Shown here piece by piece: positions 9,540 through 20,544 of a stretch of 64,000 bases of DNA; position 1 is the first letter of the stretch, and every line of letters begins with the position of its first letter. The translations under genes and the position numbers were made by a program. The stretch comes from Barthelona sp. PCE (Eukaryota): positions 1,116,001-1,180,000 of the forward strand of contig JAUFOR010000003.1 in assembly GCA_040285745.1 (NCBI GenBank). The letters run 5' to 3'. The notes beneath the pieces were generated by a model. It did not search any database. It was not told the DNA's origin and was given only the letters and a program-made list of their open reading frames with translations.

Positions 9540-10979
9540 ATGAAACGATATAAACACATCGCAAAGATCGGGGACGGTTCGTTCGGTACCGTCTATAGGA
9601 GCATAGCACTGGAATCCGGCCAGACAGTCGCAATTAAATCATTGAAACAGAAATATTTTTCATGGGACGAATGTGTCAGTTTAAAAGAAGTATCTGCTCT
9701 TATTAAGCTATCACATCCAAACATCGTCAAACTGAAAGAGGTAGTACGCCAGAATGACGAGCTATTTTTAGTATTTGAATATATGAAATGTAATTTATAT
9801 CAATTACTCAAACAAAGTGTAGGCGGTTTTACAGAAGCAAAAATAAGATCAATCATGTATCAATGCCTACAAGGATTAAGTCATTCACACCGTCATAATA
9901 TCATGCATAGAGATATAAAACCGGAGAACATATTAGTTAGTGATAATCGAGCGAAATTGGCCGATTTTGGTTTGGCTAAAGCAATTAGATCAAAACCACC
10001 GTTCACAGAATACGTTAGTACACGATGGTATAGAGCACCAGAGGTTTTATTAAGAGCCAAACATTACAGTTCTCCGATTGATTTATGGGCGATGGGGTTA
10101 ATCATGGCTGAACTCTATTCATTACGCCCATTGATGCCTGGCTCTTCCGAGATCGATCAATTGTACAGGGTTTGTGCTGTTCTTGGACCTCCTAATGATT
10201 GGCCTGAAGGACAAAGACTTGGTCAGAAACTAAATATTCGTTGGCCTAGTGTACAACCAGCTTCTATTGGTGCCCTGGTGGGAAACGCATCACCTGACGC
10301 CATTAGATTGATTACAGATATGTTAAAGTGGAACCCAAGGGAGCGTCCAACAGCAATGCAAGCTTTACAATATCCTTTCTTTACTAGACATCTAAAAGAT
10401 GATCCCAGTATCCCTGCGCCGTTATCACCACCTGGTCGACGTCAGGAAGGGACTAACTTGATAAATCAAAATGTTCAACAAAAGATGCTCACCGAGAATG
10501 CTTTACCTTCATTGGAAGATGGAAAACGTAAAGCTATTGGTACTGTTGGGAAAGTGGGCACTGTAGGAACAGTTGGAACAGTTGGGAAAGTTGGTAATCG
10601 TCGTAGTGGGTTGCCTGATCTCAATAAGAAAATCACTCCAGTAGTACAGAACCGTTTGAAAAAAATGAATCCAATTGCAAGAGGAAAAAAGGTAAGTGTG
10701 AACCATAGTAAGAACACACTGCCAGCTTTGAGCGATAGTTATAAAACTAGAACAGTACAACCAAGGTATAAACCTGGAGTAAGACCCAATGTTAATGCAA
10801 AGAAAGAAGATAGGCAGCAAATCAAGACGTTTTCACTCGGAGCTAAACTTTTACAAAAACAAAGTAGCTCAAATGCACTTAAAAGAGAAAGTTCAACTAA
10901 TAAGGTATCATTACCAGCATTATCTAGGAATTCAAGGTTTGGTAATGTGGCCGGTCGGTCGTATTTCGGCAGGCATTAG
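9540..10979 (+). CDS. MAK: MAK/ICK-family (RCK) CMGC protein kinase
   Basis: GDGSFG, VAIK, HRDIKPEN, DFGLA, PPFTEYVSTRWYRAPE (TxY activation loop) and WDECVSLKEV, typical of MAK/ICK. Confidence 0.9.
   Translation: MKRYKHIAKIGDGSFGTVYRSIALESGQTVAIKSLKQKYFSWDECVSLKEVSALIKLSHPNIVKLKEVVRQNDELFLVFEYMKCNLYQLLKQSVGGFTEAKIRSIMYQCLQGLSHSHRHNIMHRDIKPENILVSDNRAKLADFGLAKAIRSKPPFTEYVSTRWYRAPEVLLRAKHYSSPIDLWAMGLIMAELYSLRPLMPGSSEIDQLYRVCAVLGPPNDWPEGQRLGQKLNIRWPSVQPASIGALVGNASPDAIRLITDMLKWNPRERPTAMQALQYPFFTRHLKDDPSIPAPLSPPGRRQEGTNLINQNVQQKMLTENALPSLEDGKRKAIGTVGKVGTVGTVGTVGKVGNRRSGLPDLNKKITPVVQNRLKKMNPIARGKKVSVNHSKNTLPALSDSYKTRTVQPRYKPGVRPNVNAKKEDRQQIKTFSLGAKLLQKQSSSNALKRESSTNKVSLPALSRNSRFGNVAGRSYFGRH
10539..10595 (+). 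repeat. Degenerate 9-bp coding tandem repeat encoding (G[T/K]V)x6 in the MAK tail
   Basis: ggtactgtt gggaaagtg ggcactgta ggaacagtt ggaacagtt gggaaagtt ggt. Confidence 0.8.
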
Positions 10980-11043
10980 ATTTATGTAAAAAAAAAATGA
11001 TTATGAACGAGAAAAATTGTTAATCTTTATTTTACCTTTTACA

Positions 11044-14000
11044 ATGCAACCTGATATGGTAGAGCACGACCCAGTCGTCGAGGAACCCATTTTGCAGAGT
11101 GAAATTGAAGAGAGTGACGTAAACTCTGAAATATTTCAAAACGAAGATTCATATGTGAACTATGAGGAAGAGCATTTACCTGTACGCCGTGAGATCGCTG
11201 ACTTCGACGTAGATTTTGCATCCGAATTACAGGATGAAGAAGATTTGCGAATTGAAGATTTGGAAAACGGCAGTGAATACCTTTATTCGTCACATATGAA
11301 CGCAACAGACCCCATGAGTTCAGTGCAAGCGATAATTCAGGCTTCAAATGTTGAACTTGAGCACATGGACAGAGATGACTATACTCCTCAATATCAGACC
11401 TCCGCCAAGCGTATGAAGCACTCTGTGTCAATGAACCGCTTTGACAAGGACGCCAATAAGGCTGTTCCACTGCGTTTCAGCAACTCGCGCAAGTCCAAAG
11501 CTTCAAAGTATGATGAAGCACCAACCGATGAATTCGTTGAATTAGGAAGACAGCGTTGTATTGAACGTGTTTCCAAGCGCCTCAAGAAGGAACGTGCCTT
11601 AAAAAGGAAGAAGCACAAGGAGAATTTAAAGAAACGTATTGAACGCTTTGTCCGCTCCAAGATGCAAGAACTAAAATCATTTAAGGAACTACTCGCTGCT
11701 GAAGACAGGAACCTCTGCCGCAAGCACAATGAGCGTATTTCAGTTGAGCGTATCAAAATTAGAGCACTCGTCAAAACTTATGATAAGTGGCGTAAGGAAG
11801 TTGCAGCAAGTTTGCAGCAATTACACAACAACGCAGACATGCTCATGAACGAGATTGTTCAGATCGAAGAACGCAATGGAAACTATGAGCAAAAGCTGTT
11901 GAAGTTGGAATTGGAAAAAAATATTCCGGTCGAAATGGAGCTAATGTCTGCTCATGATGCTCTGTCAACATACTTTGAGGCACAGAACGAGTACAAGGTC
12001 CTCGAGGGACAGCTCACTGAGAAGCTGTCTAATCTCACAGAGCGTGGTGAGGAGTTGAGCAGTATTATTGAGCAACAAGACGCTCACTTTAGTGAATCCG
12101 CTGAAGAGCATATTTCTAGCATGCAAGCCATTAACGTGGCACGACAGGAGCGACAGGAACGTTTAACGACACTCAAGGAAGACTACGATAATGTTTGTAA
12201 CACCCGTAACGAAGTTGAGGTCAAAATCAATGATCTTAAGGATATAATTCGCAAGGAACAGAGCGAGTTCGAGTCTGAGCTGTACGAGAAGGAGAAAGCT
12301 TTGCTGAAGGAACAAGGAGAAATCGAGCGTAGCGGGAATGATATTGCGCAAAAGATTGAAACCGCCGCTGAGGAGATGCTTAATGCCGAGGATGCCATAG
12401 TTGGCCTTGAAAGCACATTGGAAACATTGAATGTCGAACATCGCCGTGTTGAAAGTCTGTTTTTAGAAAGCCAAAACAAGATTGCCGAACTAGAAAGTCA
12501 GTATGGTCTTGAATTGCGCATCGCAACGCGTGACAAGCGCCATGCTGAAGAGGAAAAAATGTTCAATGAAGATATTGAGCGACTGCAAGAAGAGAAACGC
12601 ATGTTGAACGAAAAGATGAATGAACTCGATTCTGAGATCACCATGCGCTCCAAGGAGCATAAGGACGTTGTTTTCCGTCTCAAGGAAATGGAAGCAGAAA
12701 TTCAAAACTTGAAGAATTCACTCGACGATCGAAAGAAGAAGAGTGCCGAGTTCTTACGTGTTAAACGTGAAGAACTTGTTAATAAGCGCCGTATTCTCAA
12801 GGATGTAGAGGGTGCACTCGAAACCATGAACGAGTATACGTTTTTGAGTCAGGCTTTCTCCGATCTAAACGCAGCTCAGTCCCGTGCCATGGAAAAGGAG
12901 TTCAACTGCATTGAGAGGGATATCCGCAATGTAGATAAGTCTGAGCTTATTGAGATCAACAAACTCTATGATATACAAATAGACCTGTCATCGAAACTCG
13001 AGGATACTCAGTGTCTTGTGAACAACCTCAAGACTCAAATCATCGCACATGCCAACGTGAACGCAGACACAGGACTTGATATTGATGGTACCATTGCAGC
13101 TGTACGCACCAATGTAATCAAATTCTTTGAACTCATCGAGCAGTCTCTCAGTAACAGTTTTGTATACAGCAACATCGACGCACTCCCCAAGCTGGAGTAC
13201 GATGTTCTCAGTGATCTTGTTGAATCTCTCAAGCACAACGAACAGCAATTGAAACTGATTCAGTCTCATATTGCCATTATCGATGAGAAGATTTCCACTA
13301 TGCGTCATAAGGAGCGTAAGCGCAAGGCCATGCTGCACGTTCTCCATATTATGCGTTTCGGTGTTGACACTGCTTTGCAAGAGAATACAACAAAGTGCAA
13401 AATCCTCACATCAAAGAATGCGGCAGCTATTCCTTCCATTGTTGGCAGCATCCAGGGCCAGATCACACAGCTGGAGGGAATGCTTGAGGACGTCAAGATG
13501 ATGAAGCAAGACTTCCAACGCGTCGTTGACCAGAAACAAGATGAATATAATGCCTTCCGTGATGAGGTCGCCGCAAAGGTTGATAACTACAATGATTGGA
13601 TTGCTGACAAGGCTGAGAAGGTCCGCATCGTAACCCATGATCTGCAGACCGTAGAACAAGCAATTGTTGAGCGCAGCTCTCAGGAGGAGGGTCGCGTCGC
13701 CAAGTACCGTGTTGGGAAGGATGAAGACGAGCGTGAGTTTGAACGCCTCATTCGACACGAGGTTAACACATTTATCCGCGAAAACCAAGCTCAATGGGTT
13801 CGTCTGAAGGGTCAATACGGTGAGCAGGCTGCAGTTAAGTACGTACAAGAGCATATTCTGCAGAAGCGCCAATCCAATGTGAGTAACTTTGAAGATCGTA
13901 CTCTTTTCTTCAACGAGTTCCAGAAGTCAATGATGGAATATGAGAAGGAACTAGAGTCCATTGAAAAGGAGCTTAACGAGGTCAAGGAATCCTTGCGAAA

Positions 14001-15228
14001 TGAAAGAAAGAGCGAAAAGAATGCACGTATTGAGATGACTGCTTTGGAGAGCGAACTTTCACGTAATCATAAGCAGTTAGAACATATTACCACTGTGCTC
14101 GATGATCTTCGGGAGAAATCCCGCATGTCTCACACTACTCAAGTTGATATGTACCGCACTGACCTTGATGAGATGTTAGACGAACGTAAGGGTCTGAAGG
14201 AGGATGAAAATGAACGTAAGATGGCTCTGGATGATTACGTTTCCCACCACAACGAGCTTGATAAAAAAGAGAACGCAGAGCTCATTGCTCTTAAGGATTC
14301 TTTAGATGATCTGACTACTTCAAAGATGAGTCTTGCTCAACAACAGGAGGACCTTGTCAACCAGGTTAACGAGATCAACGAGAGCTTTGCTGCTGACATG
14401 GAGCATTGTGAATATCTCATGGAGAAGAACTCTGTCTCATTCCAGGAGCATATTGATAAAGCAAACGCTGAACAAGCACCTGAAGCCAGTATTCCAAAGA
14501 GGATTGCACAGATTGAAACAGAGATGACAAAGGGAAAGGAGAAGAAAGCCAATCATCTTGTTAAAATTCAAAATTATCGTGGACAAATCGTGCAGGCTGA
14601 ACAACGTATTAATGAAGAAATTACGGTTGCAGAAGAGGTTATCAACGAGCGAAAGGAGAAATTGGCAATGGAGAAGGAGAAGTTGAGGAAACATGCTGAA
14701 GAAACCAGAATGAAAATTAAAGAACGAACTCGTGATCTGGCTGCTCAGATCAACCATACTGCTGAAGAACTTCGTGCTTTAGAGAACCTTAAGGAATTGG
14801 AAGGTAGATTGAAGGAAGTTGAATCAATGAAGAAACTGAGCTACAGTGATATTTTGAAGGGTCTTACCGATGAAGAGAGTGATATGAGCTCTGTTGATTC
14901 TTTTGATATGGACTCGACAGCCCAGAAAGCACGTGTTATGGTTCCGAAATTGAATTTAGCTAGATTGAAGAAACCAAAGACTGAGAAGAAGGCTAACGCT
15001 AATGGAATGCCCTTAAGTACTGGTCGTACTGTGCGTCAAGCAGATTTCAGTCTGTTCCAGTCTTCAGTTAACGAGTTGACTGAGGTTTTGAAGAAGTATG
15101 ATGGATCTCACTCTCGTGCAATGTTTATCGATCTCCCTGAATTCGCTTATACTGCACCTGATTTCGAGCACACGTTGGAAGAGTTGTACAGAACAGATGA
15201 GCGTTTGCTTAGACTAAACCGCAAATAG
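11044..15228 (+). CDS. Large coiled-coil protein, function unknown
   Basis: About 1394 aa from the first ATG (11044). E/K/L/Q-rich heptads throughout; no catalytic motif seen. Confidence 0.75.
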   Translation: MQPDMVEHDPVVEEPILQSEIEESDVNSEIFQNEDSYVNYEEEHLPVRREIADFDVDFASELQDEEDLRIEDLENGSEYLYSSHMNATDPMSSVQAIIQASNVELEHMDRDDYTPQYQTSAKRMKHSVSMNRFDKDANKAVPLRFSNSRKSKASKYDEAPTDEFVELGRQRCIERVSKRLKKERALKRKKHKENLKKRIERFVRSKMQELKSFKELLAAEDRNLCRKHNERISVERIKIRALVKTYDKWRKEVAASLQQLHNNADMLMNEIVQIEERNGNYEQKLLKLELEKNIPVEMELMSAHDALSTYFEAQNEYKVLEGQLTEKLSNLTERGEELSSIIEQQDAHFSESAEEHISSMQAINVARQERQERLTTLKEDYDNVCNTRNEVEVKINDLKDIIRKEQSEFESELYEKEKALLKEQGEIERSGNDIAQKIETAAEEMLNAEDAIVGLESTLETLNVEHRRVESLFLESQNKIAELESQYGLELRIATRDKRHAEEEKMFNEDIERLQEEKRMLNEKMNELDSEITMRSKEHKDVVFRLKEMEAEIQNLKNSLDDRKKKSAEFLRVKREELVNKRRILKDVEGALETMNEYTFLSQAFSDLNAAQSRAMEKEFNCIERDIRNVDKSELIEINKLYDIQIDLSSKLEDTQCLVNNLKTQIIAHANVNADTGLDIDGTIAAVRTNVIKFFELIEQSLSNSFVYSNIDALPKLEYDVLSDLVESLKHNEQQLKLIQSHIAIIDEKISTMRHKERKRKAMLHVLHIMRFGVDTALQENTTKCKILTSKNAAAIPSIVGSIQGQITQLEGMLEDVKMMKQDFQRVVDQKQDEYNAFRDEVAAKVDNYNDWIADKAEKVRIVTHDLQTVEQAIVERSSQEEGRVAKYRVGKDEDEREFERLIRHEVNTFIRENQAQWVRLKGQYGEQAAVKYVQEHILQKRQSNVSNFEDRTLFFNEFQKSMMEYEKELESIEKELNEVKESLRNERKSEKNARIEMTALESELSRNHKQLEHITTVLDDLREKSRMSHTTQVDMYRTDLDEMLDERKGLKEDENERKMALDDYVSHHNELDKKENAELIALKDSLDDLTTSKMSLAQQQEDLVNQVNEINESFAADMEHCEYLMEKNSVSFQEHIDKANAEQAPEASIPKRIAQIETEMTKGKEKKANHLVKIQNYRGQIVQAEQRINEEITVAEEVINERKEKLAMEKEKLRKHAEETRMKIKERTRDLAAQINHTAEELRALENLKELEGRLKEVESMKKLSYSDILKGLTDEESDMSSVDSFDMDSTAQKARVMVPKLNLARLKKPKTEKKANANGMPLSTGRTVRQADFSLFQSSVNELTEVLKKYDGSHSRAMFIDLPEFAYTAPDFEHTLEELYRTDERLLRLNRK

Positions 15229-15271
15229 AAGTAAAGTGTTGTTTCATATTTTTTATTCCATTTCGCAACCA

Positions 15272-17473
15272 ATGAGGAATGTTTTATTCTTCCTTGTGAT
15301 TTTGGCGCTCACTTCGTGCGCCTCCGCAGAGCAAAAAGATTTGGATGTTGAACCAGAACCTCAACAGTATTTTTTCTCGGCAGAAGATCTTAAAAATAGG
15401 CCAGGACAAGCACTGTATGCTTACCATGAAGGCATATCGAAGAATATCCCAGCAGCTTTGTATCATTACAGCAAATTGAAAAGATACGGATCAGTTGAGC
15501 TGAGTTTGACCCAAAACCTCACCGAGTGGTTGTGGGCACTTAACAAGTCGGCTTCCCTGGGATATCCACCAGCACAAACGGAATATGCCGTTTATCTGCG
15601 CAATGGATATCCAGTCGTCCCACCACAACCTAACCCGAACTATCTGAGCTGGGTATACCCCGAGGACAGGCTCCCCATGGACCCACAGAACCCGGTACAC
15701 CACGGGTCACTCAGTAGAGTGATCGAATCGCCACCCCCATATCATCTGAATGAAACACATAGGGACAACTCTCTGTTTTACTTAATGATGGCAGCACAAC
15801 AACATGAGCCACGGGCGGGGATGATTCTCGCAACAAAGTATATGCTGGGTGACGGTGTTCCAAAGGTGTGCACCGGAGCAGCAAAGCATTTGCTTGAAGT
15901 ATTGGGAACTCTGCTTTCTCCTGATTTGTTAAACAGTAAGCCTTGGTTCAAGTCATACACAGAGCCCATTTCTCTCCTGAATATGGACGATATCACACGG
16001 ACAACCATAAAGAAGAACTACGTCGTCCAGGACACCGATAAAGAGATACAGTTTCTTGAAGCTGCAGCTAAAGCGGGTAACACAGAGGCACGCAACAGGC
16101 TTGCGGCGCTGAAGACCACTGGACAAAACGGTATTCCTAAGAATCCTGACGAAGCACGTCGCTTCCTCGAACAAGGAGTTGCTGAGAATGATGCAGAAGC
16201 TATAGTTAAGCTTGGTTTTTGGTACTATGAGGAGAGTAGAAATCAGAAAACCGAGAGAGAAAAGGAGGAGTACCTGCTCAACGCATTGCAGCTGTTCCAA
16301 AAAGGTATTTCCATGAACGCAGCTGATGGTTTTACAGGACTTGGCGTCATGTACTACCACGGACACGGTGTGGAGAAGAATATCAACCAAGCAGCTGACT
16401 TATTCAAAGAGGCAGCTCAACTGCAAAGCATTAGTGGAAAATTCTTTTTGGGTATTATGTATGCTAAAGGTGAGTCATTCGAGCAGGACGGCAACCTCGC
16501 TATGAAGTACCTCCGTGATGCCAGTGAGAGCGGACATCTTTTGGCTTCTGTTTCACTCGGACAACTTTTTTCGACTGGAATGGTTGAGGGTGTTAAAGTA
16601 CCTTTTAATACTGACTGTTGGACTGGTGTTGCGTTTCTCCGCAAGGCAGCAGCTCATATTTTCGTCAGAAAAGATTTGATCGAAGCAAGCAACGCTTATC
16701 AAGAAGGAAATACAGACAAATCACTTACCAAATTATTGTTTTTGAGTGAATTGGGATTTGAAACGGCCGCTGCGTCATCAGCTTTTGTTATTAACAATGA
16801 AGATGATATGATTCCAGAACGAATCAGTGCTTTTGATCTAATGAGAAAAGCAGCTTTCCTCGGTCACCATCAGTCATTTATCGATGTAGCCCGTGTTCTC
16901 CGCGACGTGAAGAACCACACAGACATGGTTTTATGGCTCGAACACTCGGTTAAATACCAGCTTGCTGAAATCGACTTTTTGTTGGGTGAAGCATATCAGT
17001 TTGGATATGGAGTTGAGGTGGACTTCGATATGGCCAAGAGGTACTATGACCGCACAGCTGATCATTATTTGACAGACGATAACGGAATTATTGATAAGGA
17101 AAAGAAAACAAAATTCATTAAATTTTTTGCTGTTCTTAAGCTTCGAATCCATGGTTTATACAAGCACTTCACACAGGGTTTCCCACTAGGTGACTGGTGG
17201 AGGATTAAACCTGATCGCAATAATATAATGACTGATGAAGAAGATTTATCAACAAACAAATCAACTAATTTCATCTTAGTTGCCAGCATTGTGGGTTTTA
17301 TTGGTGTGATTTTCGCGTTACCACGTATAAGGAGAAATCGAAACGATCAAATAGCAGAAGAAGTCGTCATGGATCGTATGGCTCAAGTACATAGCACTGA
17401 AGCTGAAATTACACAGCTACAAACAGAAGATGAGGTCATGGATGAAGGAGTTGTGGAAACTGTGTCTGAATAA
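15272..17473 (+). CDS. SEL1L: SEL1L/Hrd3-like ERAD adaptor (Sel1 repeats)
   Basis: Signal peptide MRNVLFFLVILALTSCASA. Sel1 repeats LGVMYYHGHGVEKN, LGIMYAKGE, LGEAYQFGYGVEVDFDMAKRYYD. SELGFETA motif and a C-terminal TM helix. Confidence 0.8.
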   Translation: MRNVLFFLVILALTSCASAEQKDLDVEPEPQQYFFSAEDLKNRPGQALYAYHEGISKNIPAALYHYSKLKRYGSVELSLTQNLTEWLWALNKSASLGYPPAQTEYAVYLRNGYPVVPPQPNPNYLSWVYPEDRLPMDPQNPVHHGSLSRVIESPPPYHLNETHRDNSLFYLMMAAQQHEPRAGMILATKYMLGDGVPKVCTGAAKHLLEVLGTLLSPDLLNSKPWFKSYTEPISLLNMDDITRTTIKKNYVVQDTDKEIQFLEAAAKAGNTEARNRLAALKTTGQNGIPKNPDEARRFLEQGVAENDAEAIVKLGFWYYEESRNQKTEREKEEYLLNALQLFQKGISMNAADGFTGLGVMYYHGHGVEKNINQAADLFKEAAQLQSISGKFFLGIMYAKGESFEQDGNLAMKYLRDASESGHLLASVSLGQLFSTGMVEGVKVPFNTDCWTGVAFLRKAAAHIFVRKDLIEASNAYQEGNTDKSLTKLLFLSELGFETAAASSAFVINNEDDMIPERISAFDLMRKAAFLGHHQSFIDVARVLRDVKNHTDMVLWLEHSVKYQLAEIDFLLGEAYQFGYGVEVDFDMAKRYYDRTADHYLTDDNGIIDKEKKTKFIKFFAVLKLRIHGLYKHFTQGFPLGDWWRIKPDRNNIMTDEEDLSTNKSTNFILVASIVGFIGVIFALPRIRRNRNDQIAEEVVMDRMAQVHSTEAEITQLQTEDEVMDEGVVETVSE

Positions 17474-17478
17474 AAAAA

Positions 17479-17979
17479 TTAGTCTTTTTCTTCACCATCT
17501 TCCGTTAAAATTTGTTTATGTGCTTCCATTATTTCCTTAAGTTGTTGTTGTAACACAGCAACTTGGTCACGTAGATCTTCTACTACTATTTCCTGTGCAT
17601 CGTTTGCCTTTCTAGCCTTTCTGTATCTTGATTTATAAAGATCCAACTCACTATTGGCTTGTATCAATTTCTTTGAGGTCTTACTGACCTTTTCCATCAA
17701 CTCTCCATTCTTGCTCCTCAGCCCGATAACGGTTTCATTGTGTTTGCTTCTATGATCGTGAAACGACTGGTATACTGAATTTGCACATTTTTGAAGCTCT
17801 TGATAGTTTCTACGTGCGCGTGTACCGCCGCAACACCCTGCATTTGATCCAATAAAGCTGGAAAGTTTATCAAAACTAGCTACAAACTCGTTAGGAATAT
17901 AAAAATCGTCATCTATAACGCTTAAAAACTCATTCTTTTCGTCAATCGCAAGTAACAGTTCGCTATTAGTGTTGCTCAT
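17479..17979 (-). CDS. Hypothetical coiled-coil protein
   Basis: ORF from ATG 17979 with a heptad-rich C-terminal half. Confidence 0.65.
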   Translation of the reverse strand: MSNTNSELLLAIDEKNEFLSVIDDDFYIPNEFVASFDKLSSFIGSNAGCCGGTRARRNYQELQKCANSVYQSFHDHRSKHNETVIGLRSKNGELMEKVSKTSKKLIQANSELDLYKSRYRKARKANDAQEIVVEDLRDQVAVLQQQLKEIMEAHKQILTEDGEEKD

Positions 17980-18297
17980 GGTTATTAATGAAAAGAAGCC
18001 ACACAAAAGTGATAAAGGTAAAATATGATAAACAATAGTTTAAGCAAATATTATTGATAAAGACCAGTATAATATAGTATCAAATACCACAAAATTATGT
18101 GAATATGCAAATATTAAAATCATCTGGAAACAATTAGGAAATATCATACCAACATCATGATACATGATATAAAGTAACAGAATGTGGTACTTTAATCAAG
18201 AAAAGACAATTACAGACCGATAAAAACTGTTTCATACTGGTGAGATTTGTTATTCAATTGATCCTGTTCTTTCGCTACTTTTCATAGTAAGAATAGC

Positions 18298-19347
18298 ATG
18301 AGGGTGTCATTTTTACCGAGATATTCGTCAAGAGACCGCTTGATGTCGGGCTACATGCTTCTCAGTTATCTTCTTTTATCTACCATCTTTTTAAGTGCAA
18401 GGGCACGTGAGGTTAATTATGCTGATTGCAGAGAACTGTGTCAGATATTTAAGTTTAATCCTAACCAATGTGCTAAATGCCAATACAGTGATTATAGAAT
18501 TGGTATAGCCAACAGAGCTCATAGAGAATGTAAGCGTAAACACATATCTGATGATGACTGCATTGAAAAGTTAGCTGCTGTATACAATCCAGCGTTAAAA
18601 TCTGCTCTTAATAAGAAAAACAAAGTGAAAAACAAGAAAATTGCCATTGTTGATTCTCAGAAGACTACAGAAATCGTTACAGAAACTATAGACGTTCCCT
18701 TTTCAGGTCTGTATGAAGATGATTTGCCCTCAAAACCGAGCAAAAAGTGCCAATGCCCAGAGGCAGAGCGCGTTTCCGCTGGTGCATCATTTGGTATGCA
18801 TGGAGAGAAGCACAGCATCAAAGGATACATGTGCCCTCGACAAGGATGCATGGTTACTGAAAAATTGGAATTATTAAAGAAGCCGATAACTTCAACTTAT
18901 CAATTTAAGCTAACCGATATTAATCCACCTCAACCGTATGTCAAGAAGCGCAAGGGTGTTCTGAGAAAGAAGAAAAAGGTTTACACAAAGTCATTAACAC
19001 ATACGCTATGCCCAACCATAACTGTATTCTTTTCGGATACACAGCTGAGAAGATATGACGCCGGTACGCCTATGATGCTCAGCACAAAGGATGGTCTCGG
19101 TACCATGACGAATGGGGTTCAACTTAGTCGCTTTGTTGCCAAAGTTAAGAAACGCAGGTTATTCCACAAAAAGCGTTATATTACTCGTAAACAGCCTCCA
19201 GTCGCGCTGTATAAAGCTGATGGAACCAACGGGGCAATTAGAGAAGGTGATATTGTTTGTCTATCAAAAACATGCACATATTGCGTTACTTTCAACCGTG
19301 GAAAGCCGATCTGTGTCCCAACATCAAAGTACCGCGTTTCCTTCTAG
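18298..19347 (+). CDS. Hypothetical secreted, Cys-rich, basic protein
   Basis: Signal-like MLLSYLLLSTIFLSARA (true start may be 18343 or 18355). Many Cys and K/R clusters. Confidence 0.6.
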   Translation: MRVSFLPRYSSRDRLMSGYMLLSYLLLSTIFLSARAREVNYADCRELCQIFKFNPNQCAKCQYSDYRIGIANRAHRECKRKHISDDDCIEKLAAVYNPALKSALNKKNKVKNKKIAIVDSQKTTEIVTETIDVPFSGLYEDDLPSKPSKKCQCPEAERVSAGASFGMHGEKHSIKGYMCPRQGCMVTEKLELLKKPITSTYQFKLTDINPPQPYVKKRKGVLRKKKKVYTKSLTHTLCPTITVFFSDTQLRRYDAGTPMMLSTKDGLGTMTNGVQLSRFVAKVKKRRLFHKKRYITRKQPPVALYKADGTNGAIREGDIVCLSKTCTYCVTFNRGKPICVPTSKYRVSF

Positions 19348-19399
19348 CTGTTTGACATACTTTTGTGCAGTTAAATAAAAATGAAGAAATGGAATTTAT

Positions 19400-20497
19400 T
19401 TACCAATCTGAATCATCTTCTAATGGAGTGTATTTTGGTTTGTAGTTCTCTCCAAAAATAGCTATACGATCTTCTTTTGATATCTTTAAATCTCGAAACA
19501 CCTTAATAACGGAAGGCATTCCAATAATACCTGTCATTGCATCATAGAAGTGTGACAAATTCCGACTAACAAGAAGCTGTTCACGGACACCCTCCACTTT
19601 CAATCCATTTTCTAAAAGAACTGAACAAGTAAACATTGTATTAACACCCACCTCAAACTGGTTCTTGTCAAAAAAGTTCTGCATAATAAGGTTACTTGTG
19701 TCAATTGCTTCACCTGCATCAATTCCATTCACTGACGACCATAAGTTATAACAAACCAAAGTTGCCGCATCCATGTATTGCACGGAATAGTCAACCAGGT
19801 ACATGTTGATAACATAGTGTAGCGGTGGCTCGGTAGACTCCAATGCCTGCTTTCTGTACGAATCTGACTGTAAAAGACATGAAAGAAGCAGTAGGTTTTG
19901 GAAAACATTCTTCCTCTTTTCGAGCTCTTTCAACACTTTAGCCAGAATATTAAATTTCTTTGTGGTATTGTGGAACTCGGACAGATGGGGCTCAGGTTCA
20001 TCAAAAGACAGAAAATCATACACAGCATCAACAACCTCTACTCGATCACAAGCATGGATATAACAAGCTGCGACTGTTTCACTTAGTGGCTTGGTTAGTT
20101 CCAGGGGAGGTCCTGGCTTGGCGTCTGTGGTATCATGGATGATCTTAATGAGTGTTATGAAGATACCACAACACACTTCATCAAAAGGTAACACCTCAAT
20201 GCATCTTAAAATAGCCAACAGCACACCACCCTGCAACATACAATATCGCATATCGATGTCAACTTTGATGAATTCAACGAACATGTGACAAAGAACCTTA
20301 AACTGCTTTTCACTTGGATCTTTGGCTATAACATCGTCCATGAGTGCAATTCGGTCCTGTTGTGTGATAACCTTCCTCAAAACTGTGGTCAAAGTCTTAG
20401 GTTCGTTCTCAAAAACTGAATAAACATGATCTGCATCTATTGAATTAGAATTACGCCCTTCTTCACTTGGAAATATTTCCCCTTGCTGTGCTTCCAT
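19400..20497 (-). CDS. Hypothetical alpha-helical (ARM-like) protein
   Basis: ORF from ATG 20497 with amphipathic helical pattern; no clear family. Confidence 0.6.
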   Translation of the reverse strand: MEAQQGEIFPSEEGRNSNSIDADHVYSVFENEPKTLTTVLRKVITQQDRIALMDDVIAKDPSEKQFKVLCHMFVEFIKVDIDMRYCMLQGGVLLAILRCIEVLPFDEVCCGIFITLIKIIHDTTDAKPGPPLELTKPLSETVAACYIHACDRVEVVDAVYDFLSFDEPEPHLSEFHNTTKKFNILAKVLKELEKRKNVFQNLLLLSCLLQSDSYRKQALESTEPPLHYVINMYLVDYSVQYMDAATLVCYNLWSSVNGIDAGEAIDTSNLIMQNFFDKNQFEVGVNTMFTCSVLLENGLKVEGVREQLLVSRNLSHFYDAMTGIIGMPSVIKVFRDLKISKEDRIAIFGENYKPKYTPLEDDSDW

Positions 20498-20544
20498 TAT
20501 TATGGGAACTAAAAACAAAAAAGGATAAAATAAGAAATGCAAGT

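Noticed and set aside
11039-14757. Many antisense and alternate-frame ORFs inside long genes (also 4738-5433, 37880-38518, 58705-60663)
   Set aside because: Shadow ORFs expected from codon bias in long coiled-coil or charged genes.
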